From Candidatus Gottesmanbacteria bacterium (GTDB lineage Bacteria > Patescibacteriota > Microgenomatia > UBA10105 > UBA927), in the NCBI GenBank assembly GCA_023245355.1, contig JAHFKN010000001.1:203528-267527 (forward strand): a stretch of DNA of 64,000 nucleotides, written 5' to 3'. Both the position numbers and the translations under genes were made by a program. The notes below the pieces were generated by a model. It was not told the DNA's origin. It worked only from the letters and a program-made list of their open reading frames with translations, and did not search any database. Positions 8,984 through 17,796 of this stretch are shown piece by piece; position 1 is the first letter of the stretch, and each line of letters opens with the position of its first letter.

Positions 8984-9373
8984 TCAGATGCTTTCTTGAT
9001 TGTGTGAAGCCAATTTAGAATCCTTAACGTTCCCAGTATTTAACGTACCTTTGGGCTCAATAAGAACTATGTGGACTTCTTCTTTTGCCTCGGGCTTGTG
9101 CTCGATTGGGTGGGGAATAATCACAAATTCACCCTCGTTTACTTGAACATCTTTATCTCGGAAATGAATTGTTAGTTGTCCCTTGATTACAAGAAATAAC
9201 TCATCTTCATTGTCGTGATGGTGCCAAACAAACTCTCCCTTGAGCTTTACAACTTGAACCTTATGGTTATTTAATTCACCGACGATCTTTGGATTCCAAT
9301 ACTCACTAAACAACGAGAGTTTATCTGCAATATTTACAACTTTCACGGAATAAGAGGTATTTTTCATAATCAT
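8984..9373 (-). CDS. Cupin-domain protein
   Basis: Cupin motifs: HHHDNEDELFLVIKG, then ...GEFVIIPHPIEH. Confidence 0.65.
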   Translation of the reverse strand: MIMKNTSYSVKVVNIADKLSLFSEYWNPKIVGELNNHKVQVVKLKGEFVWHHHDNEDELFLVIKGQLTIHFRDKDVQVNEGEFVIIPHPIEHKPEAKEEVHIVLIEPKGTLNTGNVKDSKLASHNQESI

Positions 9374-9439
9374 GAATATTGTAACAATTTTCTACATGAT
9401 TTGCTAGACTATATCAGTTGTAAGCAGTAACATAAGAAC

Positions 9440-10285
9440 ATGAACTACATAATTCGTCCAGCTACACGTAAGGAATTGTGTATCCCGATTGAGTGGGCGG
9501 CTAAAGAAGGTTGGAACCCAGGTCTTTTTGATGCTCGCGCTTTTTATTCTACGGATCCTCAAGGCTTTTTATTAGGATTGCTTGATGGAGAACCAATTGC
9601 TTCGATCTCGTCCGTTGCATATGATTCTAGTTTCGGTTTTCTTGGGTTTTATATTGTTAAACCCGAATATCGCGATAAAGGGTATGGCATTCAAATTTGG
9701 AATGCAGCAATAAAACATTTACCCACGCAAAACATTGGTCTAGATGGTGTACTAGCTCAACAGGAAAACTACAAAAAATCCGGTTTCAAATTAGCATATA
9801 GAAACATAAGATACGAAGGAATGGGTACTAGTGCTCATCAAGTGGATAATCCAAGTGTAATCCCCTTATCAAGCATTCAATTTGAACAGCTTTTTAAATA
9901 CGATAATCAAGTTTTTCCAACAAGCAGATCGGTATTTCTAAAAGAGTGGATCAAGCAATCGGAAAGCTTGGCAGTTGCTTACCAAAAAGATGGAAACCTA
10001 CTTGGATATGGGATGGTGAGAAAATGCCGAATCGGATATAAAGTGGGCCCTTTATTTGCTGACAATAAAGACATTGCAGATGTACTCTTTCAGAAAATGA
10101 GGTCTTTTGTTGGTCAAGATAAGCAAATATTTCTAGATACCCCAGGAGTAAATAAATCAGCAATTTTATTAGCTGAGAAGTATGGAATGAAACCAGTGTT
10201 TGAAACTGCCCGCATGTATACTAAAGACGTACCAAAAGTACAACTCAAAAAGGTTTTTGGAGTAACAACTTTTGAACTTGGATAA
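9440..10285 (+). CDS. GNAT-family N-acetyltransferase (two-lobed)
   Basis: GFYIVKPEYRDKGYGIQIWNAAIKH matches the acetyl-CoA binding motif A (R/Q-x-x-G-x-G/A). Confidence 0.6.
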   Translation: MNYIIRPATRKELCIPIEWAAKEGWNPGLFDARAFYSTDPQGFLLGLLDGEPIASISSVAYDSSFGFLGFYIVKPEYRDKGYGIQIWNAAIKHLPTQNIGLDGVLAQQENYKKSGFKLAYRNIRYEGMGTSAHQVDNPSVIPLSSIQFEQLFKYDNQVFPTSRSVFLKEWIKQSESLAVAYQKDGNLLGYGMVRKCRIGYKVGPLFADNKDIADVLFQKMRSFVGQDKQIFLDTPGVNKSAILLAEKYGMKPVFETARMYTKDVPKVQLKKVFGVTTFELG

Positions 10286-10305
10286 GCATCTTGAACACGT
10301 TAAAT

Positions 10306-10333
10306 TTGACAAAAGACGAATTTTTTGTATAAT
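10306..10333 (+). promoter_or_regulatory. Sigma-70-type promoter with extended -10
   Basis: TTGACA at 10306-10311, a 16-nt spacer, then TGTATAAT with TATAAT at 10328-10333. Confidence 0.55.
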
Positions 10334-10339
10334 ATACTC

Positions 10340-10500
10340 AATACTTAGCTGTGAAGGTCTTTGGCAAGCTGGAGCTGAGCATTCTAAAAGCGGTCTGAAC
10401 TTAAGCGATTATCGATAGTACAGACAATTAGGGTGGAACCACGGGTTAAAAGAAAACTCGTCCCTTTGTATAAGAAATTATATGAAGTGACGAGTTTTTT
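10340..10500 (+). promoter_or_regulatory. T-box riboswitch leader 1 (transcription-terminating type)
   Basis: Core AATTAGGGTGGAACCACGG at ~10426-10444. A terminator follows: cucguc...gacgag stem then UUUUUUU at 10494-10500. Stem-I-like ggcaagctggagc carries a GGC (Gly) triplet. Confidence 0.6.
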
Positions 10501-10671
10501 TGTTACTTCATATAACGACAAGTTAATAGTAGCGATGAAAGGCCTGGCAACCTGGAGCTACACCAACAGTTAAAGAGGGTAAGTTTACTGGAAATCATGA
10601 CTTACCAATTAGGGTGGAACCGCGACCATATATGGCCGTCCCTAAGCGAAAGCTTATGGAGGCATATATGG
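10501..10671 (+). promoter_or_regulatory. T-box riboswitch leader 2 (candidate translational, SD-sequestering type)
   Basis: Second core AATTAGGGTGGAACCGCGACC at 10607-10627. ccatatatggcc (10626-10637) can pair with ggcatatatgg (10661-10671), burying SD GGAGG (10658-10662) and ATG 10668. No U-run follows. Confidence 0.5.
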
Positions 10672-11921
10672 ATACACAACCATACTACAAAACAATAATT
10701 GAACAGATTGACAAGCATACTGCTTATAGGCAGGAATGCCTTAATCTGATCGCTTCAGAAAATGTCTGCAGTCCTGCTGTGGCCAAGATTCTATCTTCTG
10801 ATTTAACCAATCGTTACTCTGTTGGACGTCCTCGCGCGAGATGGTTCCCAGGATTACAGTACTACGACAAAGTTGAGGAAATTGCGGAAAAGCTTTCACA
10901 AAAACTATTCCATGTCCAGTATGCCAATGTTCAAGCCCCTACGGGAATGGTGGCTAATATGGCCGCTTATTTAGCGGTGCTTAAACCCAACGACCTGGTG
11001 TTAGCTCTGCGCGTTAAACACGGAGGACACTATAGTCATGTTGCCGAGAATATATTCAAAAGCTTCAACATCCGCGTTGAGGATCTTCCCTTTGATGAAC
11101 AGTCATATTCTGTAGACATTGAGAGAGCCATTGATCTCATTAGGGTTAAGAAACCACAAATGATTATTCTTGGAACTTCGGAGTTTTTATTCCCAGCACC
11201 CATTAGAGAATTAAGGCAGGTGTGCAACAAAACAAACACTAAAATTCTTTATGATGCCTCACATGTCTCAGGACTCGTGGCTGGACAAACTTTCCAAAAT
11301 CCAATGGCAGAAGGAGCAGATATTCTCACAATGAGCACCAATAAGACATTGGCTGCCCCAAGTCATGGACTTGTGGCCTGCAACGACACAGTCAAGTATC
11401 AGGCTGACTTTGAACATGCAATTACCCCTCTCCTAACGTCAAATCACCATGCGCACCATGTCGCTGCTTTGGCCATGACCTTGGCAGAGTTTGATGTTTT
11501 CGGACACGAATACGCTGCTCAAATTATTATGAATGCAAAAACTTTGGCACGAGCCCTTTATAACCAAGGGGTAAAGGTTTTATGCCCTGAAAAGGATTTT
11601 ACCGAGAGTCACACTGTTTTGATTGATACTGTGACCTCATCAAAAGAAGCAGTGCAGAAGTTGGCTGAGGCAAACATTATGACAAATTCGTTTCAACTTC
11701 CCTGGAATGAAGATGGGTTTGAAAGTGGAATCCGAATAGGAACAAACGAAATAACCAGACTTGGAATGAAAGAGTCAGAGATGAATGTTGTTGCCGATTT
11801 AATAGCAGCTGTTTTATTGAAAAAACAATCGATCGCTGAGATTAAACGGAAAGCACAAAATCTTAGATTGTCTTATCAGACAGTTAATTATTGTTTTAAT
11901 CCAGCTCAATTAAGTAGCTGA
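10668..11921 (+). CDS. glyA: Serine hydroxymethyltransferase-like PLP enzyme
   Basis: LIASENVCSPAV matches SHMT LIASENF; HGGHYSHV matches GGHLTHG; STNKTL sits at the PLP-lysine position. Start set at Met 10668 behind GGAGG. Confidence 0.7.
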   Translation: MDTQPYYKTIIEQIDKHTAYRQECLNLIASENVCSPAVAKILSSDLTNRYSVGRPRARWFPGLQYYDKVEEIAEKLSQKLFHVQYANVQAPTGMVANMAAYLAVLKPNDLVLALRVKHGGHYSHVAENIFKSFNIRVEDLPFDEQSYSVDIERAIDLIRVKKPQMIILGTSEFLFPAPIRELRQVCNKTNTKILYDASHVSGLVAGQTFQNPMAEGADILTMSTNKTLAAPSHGLVACNDTVKYQADFEHAITPLLTSNHHAHHVAALAMTLAEFDVFGHEYAAQIIMNAKTLARALYNQGVKVLCPEKDFTESHTVLIDTVTSSKEAVQKLAEANIMTNSFQLPWNEDGFESGIRIGTNEITRLGMKESEMNVVADLIAAVLLKKQSIAEIKRKAQNLRLSYQTVNYCFNPAQLSS

Positions 11922-11935
11922 AGGAGGTAAATTAT

Positions 11936-12478
11936 ATGGCAAAACCAGAACAGTCAGAATCAATGCAAGAATTCGAACAACGCTGTATTGAGACAGTGAA
12001 GCGAATGCGTGCTCAGGCTCACAAGGTGTTAGATAGGGCTGGAACAGTTCATAAAGCTCAACCGCTCAAGAAGTGGGAAAAGATTGTTTATCCCCTTCTG
12101 GGAATGAAGCCCGAAGGTTATATGGAGTTTGATTCGGCCAACGATCCACGATTAGCGATCGTCACAAGGGCGGCTGCTGGAGGACTGGTAACCCCAAGAG
12201 TTAGAGTTCTGGCACCATCTGAAAGAAACGAAATGTCAGCTATGGAAGTTCGACTGTCCGGCAAACAGCCAGAGACTGGAAGAAATGTCGACATCATGAG
12301 TGTTGACCTCCCAGAGGGATCAAATAGTGCAGTACAAACAAAAGTAATTTTGTGGACCGCACCCTTACCAGGGAGGATTCCATTTTATGAAGTCATGGAT
12401 TCAAACTTTGCCGAAGTAGTAGACTTAACAATAAGAACTCTGGAACACATTAATAAATGTTTATCTGAAAGGAAATAA
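11936..12478 (+). CDS. Hypothetical protein between glyA and glyQS
   Basis: ORF with a GAAGGAGG ribosome-binding site, sitting in the same operon. No motif recognised. Confidence 0.45.
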   Translation: MAKPEQSESMQEFEQRCIETVKRMRAQAHKVLDRAGTVHKAQPLKKWEKIVYPLLGMKPEGYMEFDSANDPRLAIVTRAAAGGLVTPRVRVLAPSERNEMSAMEVRLSGKQPETGRNVDIMSVDLPEGSNSAVQTKVILWTAPLPGRIPFYEVMDSNFAEVVDLTIRTLEHINKCLSERK

Positions 12479-12480
12479 AT

Positions 12481-13860
12481 ATGGACACAACAATGCAAAA
12501 AATCGTCAGTTTATGTAAAAGAAAAGGGTTTGTTTATCCAAACTCTGAAATTTACGGAGGAATTCAGGGGTTCTATGATTACGGACCACTAGGAGCCGAA
12601 CTACAAAATAACATCAAGCGGGTTTGGTGGAAATGGATGACCCAACTCCATGATGATGTCTATCCAATTAACGGAGCAATCATCACCCATCCGAAGGTTT
12701 GGGAAGCATCAGGACACGTTCAGAACTTCACCGATCCGTTAGTCGACTGCAAAAAATGTCATAAACGTTTCCGAGCCGATCACTTGGTTGAGGAATTCCT
12801 CACAGAGGATGCTGGAACTGCTAGTCAAAATCGCTTGGATCAGATAGCAGCAGAACTTAAATCAAGACACATTGTTTGCCCTGAGTGTGGAGGAGAGTTT
12901 ACCGAGGTCCGCAAATTCAATCTTATGGTTGAAACTTCCCTTGGGGTTGTTGAAGGCGAAAAGATGACGGCTTATCTCAAGGGGGAGGCATGCCAAACGA
13001 TCTACCTGGATTACCAGAATGTGCTTAATTCGACTAATGCCAAAATTCCTTTTGGGATATGTCAAATCGGGAAGGCTTTCAGAAATGAAATCACCCCAGG
13101 ACATTTTTTATTTCGTCAGCGTGAGTTTGAACAGTGGGATCTCCAATGGTTTACCAATCCCAAAGAAATGGATAAATGGTATGAGTACTGGAAAGCAGAA
13201 AGAATGATGTGGTATCAAAGCCTAGTGAATCATAAAGATCGTCTGCGCTTTAGACAACACGATCAAAACGAACTTGCTCATTACGCGAAAAAGGCATTCG
13301 ATATCGAGTATGAGACTCCATTTGGATGGAAAGAATGGGAAGGAATCCACTGGCGTGGAGACTGGGATTTGTCCCGTCATGGGCAATACAGTGGGAATGA
13401 TTTTACCTATACTGATCAAAAAACAGGTGATAAATTTATTCCTTGGATTGTCGAAACATCAGGAGGAGTTGATCGCACTTTCCTTTTCCTGCTCATTGAT
13501 GCTTACGATGAAGAGGTCGTAGATGGGAAAACGAGAGTGGTTCTACATTTACGACCAGACCTAGCTCCGTACAAAGTAGCGGTCTTCCCGTTGGTATCCA
13601 ACAAAGAAGATATTGTCGAAAAGGCAAAGTCAATCTACAGAGCATTAAAACCTAGCATTGCAACCATTTGGGACGATATCGGGAATGTTGGAAAGAGATA
13701 TCGAAGACAAGATGAAGTTGGTACTCCGTGGTGTGTCACGGTTGATTACCAAACACTTCAGGACGATACGATAACAGTTCGAGATCGAGACACTATGAAA
13801 CAAGAAAGAGTGAAGGTATTAGATCTGGAATACTTTTTTGCCGAGAAGTTGAAAATTTAA
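12481..13860 (+). CDS. glyQS: Glycine--tRNA ligase (dimeric class II GlyRS)
   Basis: Class II motif 2 QIGKAFRNEITPGHFLFRQREFEQWDLQWF. N-terminal GFVYPNSEIYGG...YDYGPLG is typical of alpha2 GlyRS. Confidence 0.85.
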   Translation: MDTTMQKIVSLCKRKGFVYPNSEIYGGIQGFYDYGPLGAELQNNIKRVWWKWMTQLHDDVYPINGAIITHPKVWEASGHVQNFTDPLVDCKKCHKRFRADHLVEEFLTEDAGTASQNRLDQIAAELKSRHIVCPECGGEFTEVRKFNLMVETSLGVVEGEKMTAYLKGEACQTIYLDYQNVLNSTNAKIPFGICQIGKAFRNEITPGHFLFRQREFEQWDLQWFTNPKEMDKWYEYWKAERMMWYQSLVNHKDRLRFRQHDQNELAHYAKKAFDIEYETPFGWKEWEGIHWRGDWDLSRHGQYSGNDFTYTDQKTGDKFIPWIVETSGGVDRTFLFLLIDAYDEEVVDGKTRVVLHLRPDLAPYKVAVFPLVSNKEDIVEKAKSIYRALKPSIATIWDDIGNVGKRYRRQDEVGTPWCVTVDYQTLQDDTITVRDRDTMKQERVKVLDLEYFFAEKLKI

Positions 13861-13867
13861 AACAGGA

Positions 13868-14254
13868 TTACTCATCGTACTGGCTTAGAAGTGCTTCCAA
13901 GATGGGGTGGATTTGTCTGTCGACCATCAACCTCCCCTTTTCGGTATCCTTAATGACACCCGTTTCTTTTGCTATCTGCAGAAGTCGTGAGATTTCCTCA
14001 TCTCTCAGTGGTTTACCTTCGTCATCAACTCCAACAACCGCTTTATACGCAGCTTCATCAAATGTTGCTGGTTCAGGTGCAAATGGGGCTAGATAGAGAA
14101 TGCCTGTTAGAACTCTCTCTCTGCCTGCATTTCCAAATAGTTGTCTATCTTTTTCTGTGAGCAATGAATCTGCAATCAATTCAAATTGAGCCCTAGTAGT
14201 ATCAGGTTTTAAAAGTTGTCCAAGTTTTGGTAATGGTTGTTCGGCTTTTTCCAT
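13868..14254 (-). CDS. Hypothetical protein
   Basis: 128-aa ORF on the minus strand, reading toward the gly genes. No motif recognised. Confidence 0.35.
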   Translation of the reverse strand: MEKAEQPLPKLGQLLKPDTTRAQFELIADSLLTEKDRQLFGNAGRERVLTGILYLAPFAPEPATFDEAAYKAVVGVDDEGKPLRDEEISRLLQIAKETGVIKDTEKGRLMVDRQIHPILEALLSQYDE

Positions 14255-14380
14255 ATAAATAATCCTTAAAAGATATAAAGATTATAACATTATATGGCCT
14301 GAAGTTCAAAAAATAACACAAAAAGACATAAACATTATTGAAGTCTCCATTACCCCTTGATTACTATTAAACCATTAAGA

Positions 14381-14461
14381 AGTTAGCCTAACGAAACTAT
14401 CGGGGCTGTGGCTTCTGAATATACGCAAGATGCGTGTGTTTAGAAGTTACAGCCTTTTTTT
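14381..14461 (+). promoter_or_regulatory. Conserved box, long hairpin and U-run; copy 2
   Basis: agttagcctaacgaaactatcggggct at 14381-14407. Hairpin ggctgtggcttct (14404-14416) pairs with agaagttacagcc (14442-14454), then ttttttt at 14455-14461. Confidence 0.45.
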
Positions 14462-14472
14462 AAAGGAAAAAT

Positions 14473-14775
14473 ATGAATAACGATACAACTAATCCTCAAA
14501 ACGACAATATGGTTAACCAAGATACCCAGTCTGTTGGCTTTAAAAAAGGTACCGAACCAAATAAAGACGAAGCCTGGAAAAAAGTAGAGGCGGTATTTAA
14601 CGCTGCAAAGAACGCCTTCATTGATAAAAATTCACCGTTTGCTGACGTCCTCGATAGTTTAATTGCTACCTTGATGGATATTCGGGCAGCTGAAAAACAA
14701 GGGTTAAGCGGTATGGGAACTGATAACCCACAAATGGATATCCCTGCCCCAACTGATAATGGGCAAAATTTATAA
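14473..14775 (+). CDS. Hypothetical small protein
   Basis: ORF directly downstream of the conserved box with an AGGAAA-like ribosome-binding site. Confidence 0.4.
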   Translation: MNNDTTNPQNDNMVNQDTQSVGFKKGTEPNKDEAWKKVEAVFNAAKNAFIDKNSPFADVLDSLIATLMDIRAAEKQGLSGMGTDNPQMDIPAPTDNGQNL

Positions 14776-14781
14776 ACAAAT

Positions 14782-15036
14782 ATGGCACAAACTGACGAAC
14801 AAAAATTAGAACGCGGCCGAGATATCTGGGAAATGACCCAGACAAAAGGCTGGCAGATTTTAAGTGACTCAATTGCTGAAGAAATCCAGTTGGAAACAGC
14901 TGAGCTTTTAGATTGCCCTGTTAAGGACGACCTAGAACACAAACAATTAATAAAAGCTTACAAAAAAGTTTTACGCATGGTTGAAGGAGCGATCGCCGAT
15001 CGAGACGAAGCTGCTCAAAACCTGCGGGGAGTATAA
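14782..15036 (+). CDS. Hypothetical small protein
   Basis: ORF tightly packed with its neighbours on the same strand. Confidence 0.4.
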   Translation: MAQTDEQKLERGRDIWEMTQTKGWQILSDSIAEEIQLETAELLDCPVKDDLEHKQLIKAYKKVLRMVEGAIADRDEAAQNLRGV

Positions 15037-15041
15037 AAAAT

Positions 15042-15860
15042 ATGGAAGACGACAAACAAAAAGAACAAGACGAATTAAAATCTTTACTCAATAACCCCGA
15101 CGAGGGTGATGAGGGAGATAAAGGTAAAGACAACTCCGACAAGCAAGATGATCCACCGGCTGATGATAACCAAGACGATACTGGAAACGATAACGGCCAA
15201 GACAATGGTGCTGGTGATGATGATAAAAATAAGGACGAAAAAGATAAAGGAAAAGACGATCGTTGGAATGGTAAGAGCCGGGAAGATGTCATCAAGGAAG
15301 TTCAATCATTGGAAACGAGAATTGCTAGTCTCGAGGGCAAGAAAAAAGAAGATAAAGATAATAAGCCAAATCCGGATGAGAAAAAGGAAACGGTAAATCT
15401 CCCCTCTGCAGAAGAACTCCAAAAAATGACTCCGAGTGATTTTGCTAAGTGGGTCCTAGCCCGAATTGATGAAGGCGTCAAAACCACTCTATCCAGTCAA
15501 GAAAAAGTAAGAAGTGCAGTCCGTCAAGAAATTGCCGAAGCCAAAAAGGATCACCCACTGGACGATCCTGACTACCGAAAAATGGTCTTAACCATTATCG
15601 ATGCTGCCAGTGCCAAAGGAACAACTGTGTCCTTAAAAGAAGCCTGTGAGCAGGTCGATGCCTTTATCGGCAAACACAAAGGGAAATCTGAAGATATATC
15701 AGATGATGAGCGCAATCGCCTTAAAAAAGCGAAGGCTCAGGTTGAGAGTGGAGCGGGCGCTCCGACTCAACCCGATAGCTCGGATGCCGAAACACAACGC
15801 ATCCAGAAAGCTCTCGGTGGAAGCGGGTCAAAAAGCCCCTTGGGAGGGTTAGGAATCTAA
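15042..15860 (+). CDS. Putative scaffolding protein (very acidic, low complexity)
   Basis: D/E/K-rich N-terminus (DEGDEGDKGKDNSDKQDDPPADDNQDD...), a helical middle, and position immediately before the capsid gene. Confidence 0.45.
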   Translation: MEDDKQKEQDELKSLLNNPDEGDEGDKGKDNSDKQDDPPADDNQDDTGNDNGQDNGAGDDDKNKDEKDKGKDDRWNGKSREDVIKEVQSLETRIASLEGKKKEDKDNKPNPDEKKETVNLPSAEELQKMTPSDFAKWVLARIDEGVKTTLSSQEKVRSAVRQEIAEAKKDHPLDDPDYRKMVLTIIDAASAKGTTVSLKEACEQVDAFIGKHKGKSEDISDDERNRLKKAKAQVESGAGAPTQPDSSDAETQRIQKALGGSGSKSPLGGLGI

Positions 15861-15902
15861 CCTCCTGTTATTAGTTAAAAAGAAGGGAGGTGAAAAAATA
15901 TT

Positions 15903-17069
15903 ATGCCATCAGCAACAGGAATAAAAGGAACAGGAAATTTAGGAGTCTTACGTAAGTACGACGTCGCCGACGTGGTCTCGCTACTCGACGTTAATCGTTA
16001 TCCTCTTTTGGCCATCTTGACCAATGCAGGAAAAGATCCAGCAAGTGGTGAAGGTAAAGCCTTGAAAAAGAGTGAAGCGGTAGACCCGGAGTTTAAGTGG
16101 TATGAAGATGACTTTGGTCGTCGCCAATTAACCGGTTCAGCAACTGTCGATCCCGATGGAGGGAACTTGACTGTCACCGGTCAATCACAGTACTTACAAG
16201 TTGGAGATGTAATTTTGGCTGCTGCCCAGAAATGGGTCTTCCAAGTTACTGCTATTGTCGATGCCAACACCGTCACGGTTGGTCCCGAATTAGGAGGGGC
16301 AACCGGCGCAGCTGCTTCGGCAGTTGGAGATGTCTGGCTTATCGGAAACGCTAATGAAGAGGGTGCAGGATTAAGAGATATAAAGTCAACGATCATCCAA
16401 GAAATATCGAACTACTGCCAAATCTTCAGAACGCCAGTCGGTATTACTGAAACATCCAAAAACACTAAGGGATTAACCAAGGAAAACGACTTTGATTTTC
16501 AAAGGCGAAAGAAAGGTATCGAGCACTATGTCGATATCGAAAGATCGTTCTTATTTGGCAAGAAAGGCATCATCACTACAGGGACTCATCCAAAACGATT
16601 CACTGCTGGTATCTTGTCTAGGATTGCAACCTACGCTACAGCGAGTGTTGATACAGAATCAGAATTTGATGCTTGGTTGGAGAGCTTATTTGCACACGGA
16701 AATACAGAAAAATATTTGCTTGCATCTGCGGCCGTGGTTTCCATGGTCAACGGTTGGGCAAAGGGAAAGCTACAGATCGTAAGTCCAACAAAGGCTTATG
16801 GACTGCGAATCGTAACCTACGATTCTCCACACGGAACGCTACACATGATCAAACATCCATTATTAACTGGAACGACATACGGAAATTATGCTGTCGGTTT
16901 GGACATGGAATGTTTGACCTACCGCTACTTGAGCAATCGAGATACCAAGCTTTTGACTAACCGTCAGGCCAATGGTGAAGATAGTCAAGTCGATGAATAT
17001 CTGACCGAATGCGGTCTGCAAATGGAGCAAGAGTCACGCCATGCCATTATGAGCATCGGTGCGCTCTAA
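15903..17069 (+). CDS. Major capsid protein (putative)
   Basis: 388 aa, follows the scaffold, strong GGGAGGTGA ribosome-binding site, a terminator-like hairpin pair downstream, and Gly/Thr/Ala-rich beta-type composition. Confidence 0.5.
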   Translation: MPSATGIKGTGNLGVLRKYDVADVVSLLDVNRYPLLAILTNAGKDPASGEGKALKKSEAVDPEFKWYEDDFGRRQLTGSATVDPDGGNLTVTGQSQYLQVGDVILAAAQKWVFQVTAIVDANTVTVGPELGGATGAAASAVGDVWLIGNANEEGAGLRDIKSTIIQEISNYCQIFRTPVGITETSKNTKGLTKENDFDFQRRKKGIEHYVDIERSFLFGKKGIITTGTHPKRFTAGILSRIATYATASVDTESEFDAWLESLFAHGNTEKYLLASAAVVSMVNGWAKGKLQIVSPTKAYGLRIVTYDSPHGTLHMIKHPLLTGTTYGNYAVGLDMECLTYRYLSNRDTKLLTNRQANGEDSQVDEYLTECGLQMEQESRHAIMSIGAL

Positions 17070-17116
17070 ACCATACGAATAGAAAACCTATGATGTTAAA
17101 CGCAAAAAATTGGAAG

Positions 17117-17190
17117 TCGCTACACGCTTTCTTACTCAGTGTAGCCGTTTAAGCCAAGGGTGAGCGTTATCACCCTTGCAAACTTTATTA
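17117..17190 (+). terminator. Candidate intrinsic terminator or attenuator after the capsid gene
   Basis: Two perfect hairpins: gctacac...gtgtagc (17119-17145) and caagggtga...tcacccttg (17155-17178), followed by U-rich caaacuuuauua. Confidence 0.4.
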
Positions 17191-17211
17191 AAGATAGGAG
17201 GTGAAAAAACA

Positions 17212-17784
17212 ATGACAGAAACAGTTGAAAAAACATTAGAAGAAATGTCCATGACCGAACTTTGGGGTGAAGCCAAACGTCTCGGTGTTTCTAAAGACGG
17301 TAAAAAAGATGAGTTAATTGCTCGGCTCCGCGAAGCCCAAGAAAATGGCGAGACGACGAAACCTGCAGAAACTCTCAAAGAGGTGGTGTATATCGCCAAA
17401 TACCATGAACTGAAGTTAGTGATGAACCCCTCTTATATCAAAGAGGTGGCTGGTCGCGTTATCACTGTAGCCGGTCGTTCAATTCAATTCCATGAGGGAA
17501 TCTATCGAACCAGTGATCCGGAAGAAATCGAATTTTTAGATAACCACAAGAACTTTGGCAACGTCTATCGCAAGGTAGATCGTAACGATCTGAAGTCAGG
17601 TAAACCAATGGAGCAAGTTTATAAAGAGAAATTCCAGACTTTGGAAGATCGCGAAAAGGCAATCACTGCTCGTGAGGAAGCTCTCAAGAAAAAGGAGATG
17701 TCGCTTAAAGGTTTTGAGGAAGGCGCTCCTAAACAACCGGCAGTAACTGGGGTTCGAAGTTCGGCAGACCAACCGAAGTTTTAA
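17212..17784 (+). CDS. SAP-domain protein (virion-associated?)
   Basis: N-terminal MTELWGEAKRLGVSKDGKKDELIARLRE fits the SAP helix-linker-helix pattern. Start set at Met 17212 behind AGGAGGTGA. Confidence 0.45.
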   Translation: MTETVEKTLEEMSMTELWGEAKRLGVSKDGKKDELIARLREAQENGETTKPAETLKEVVYIAKYHELKLVMNPSYIKEVAGRVITVAGRSIQFHEGIYRTSDPEEIEFLDNHKNFGNVYRKVDRNDLKSGKPMEQVYKEKFQTLEDREKAITAREEALKKKEMSLKGFEEGAPKQPAVTGVRSSADQPKF

Positions 17785-17796
17785 AAGGTAATAAAT

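Noticed and set aside
15084-15487. Overlapping ORFs 15084..15305(-), 15106..15396(+), 15302..15487(-) inside the scaffold gene
   Set aside because: They are low-complexity shadows of the D/E/K-rich coding sequence in alternative frames. None has a ribosome-binding site.
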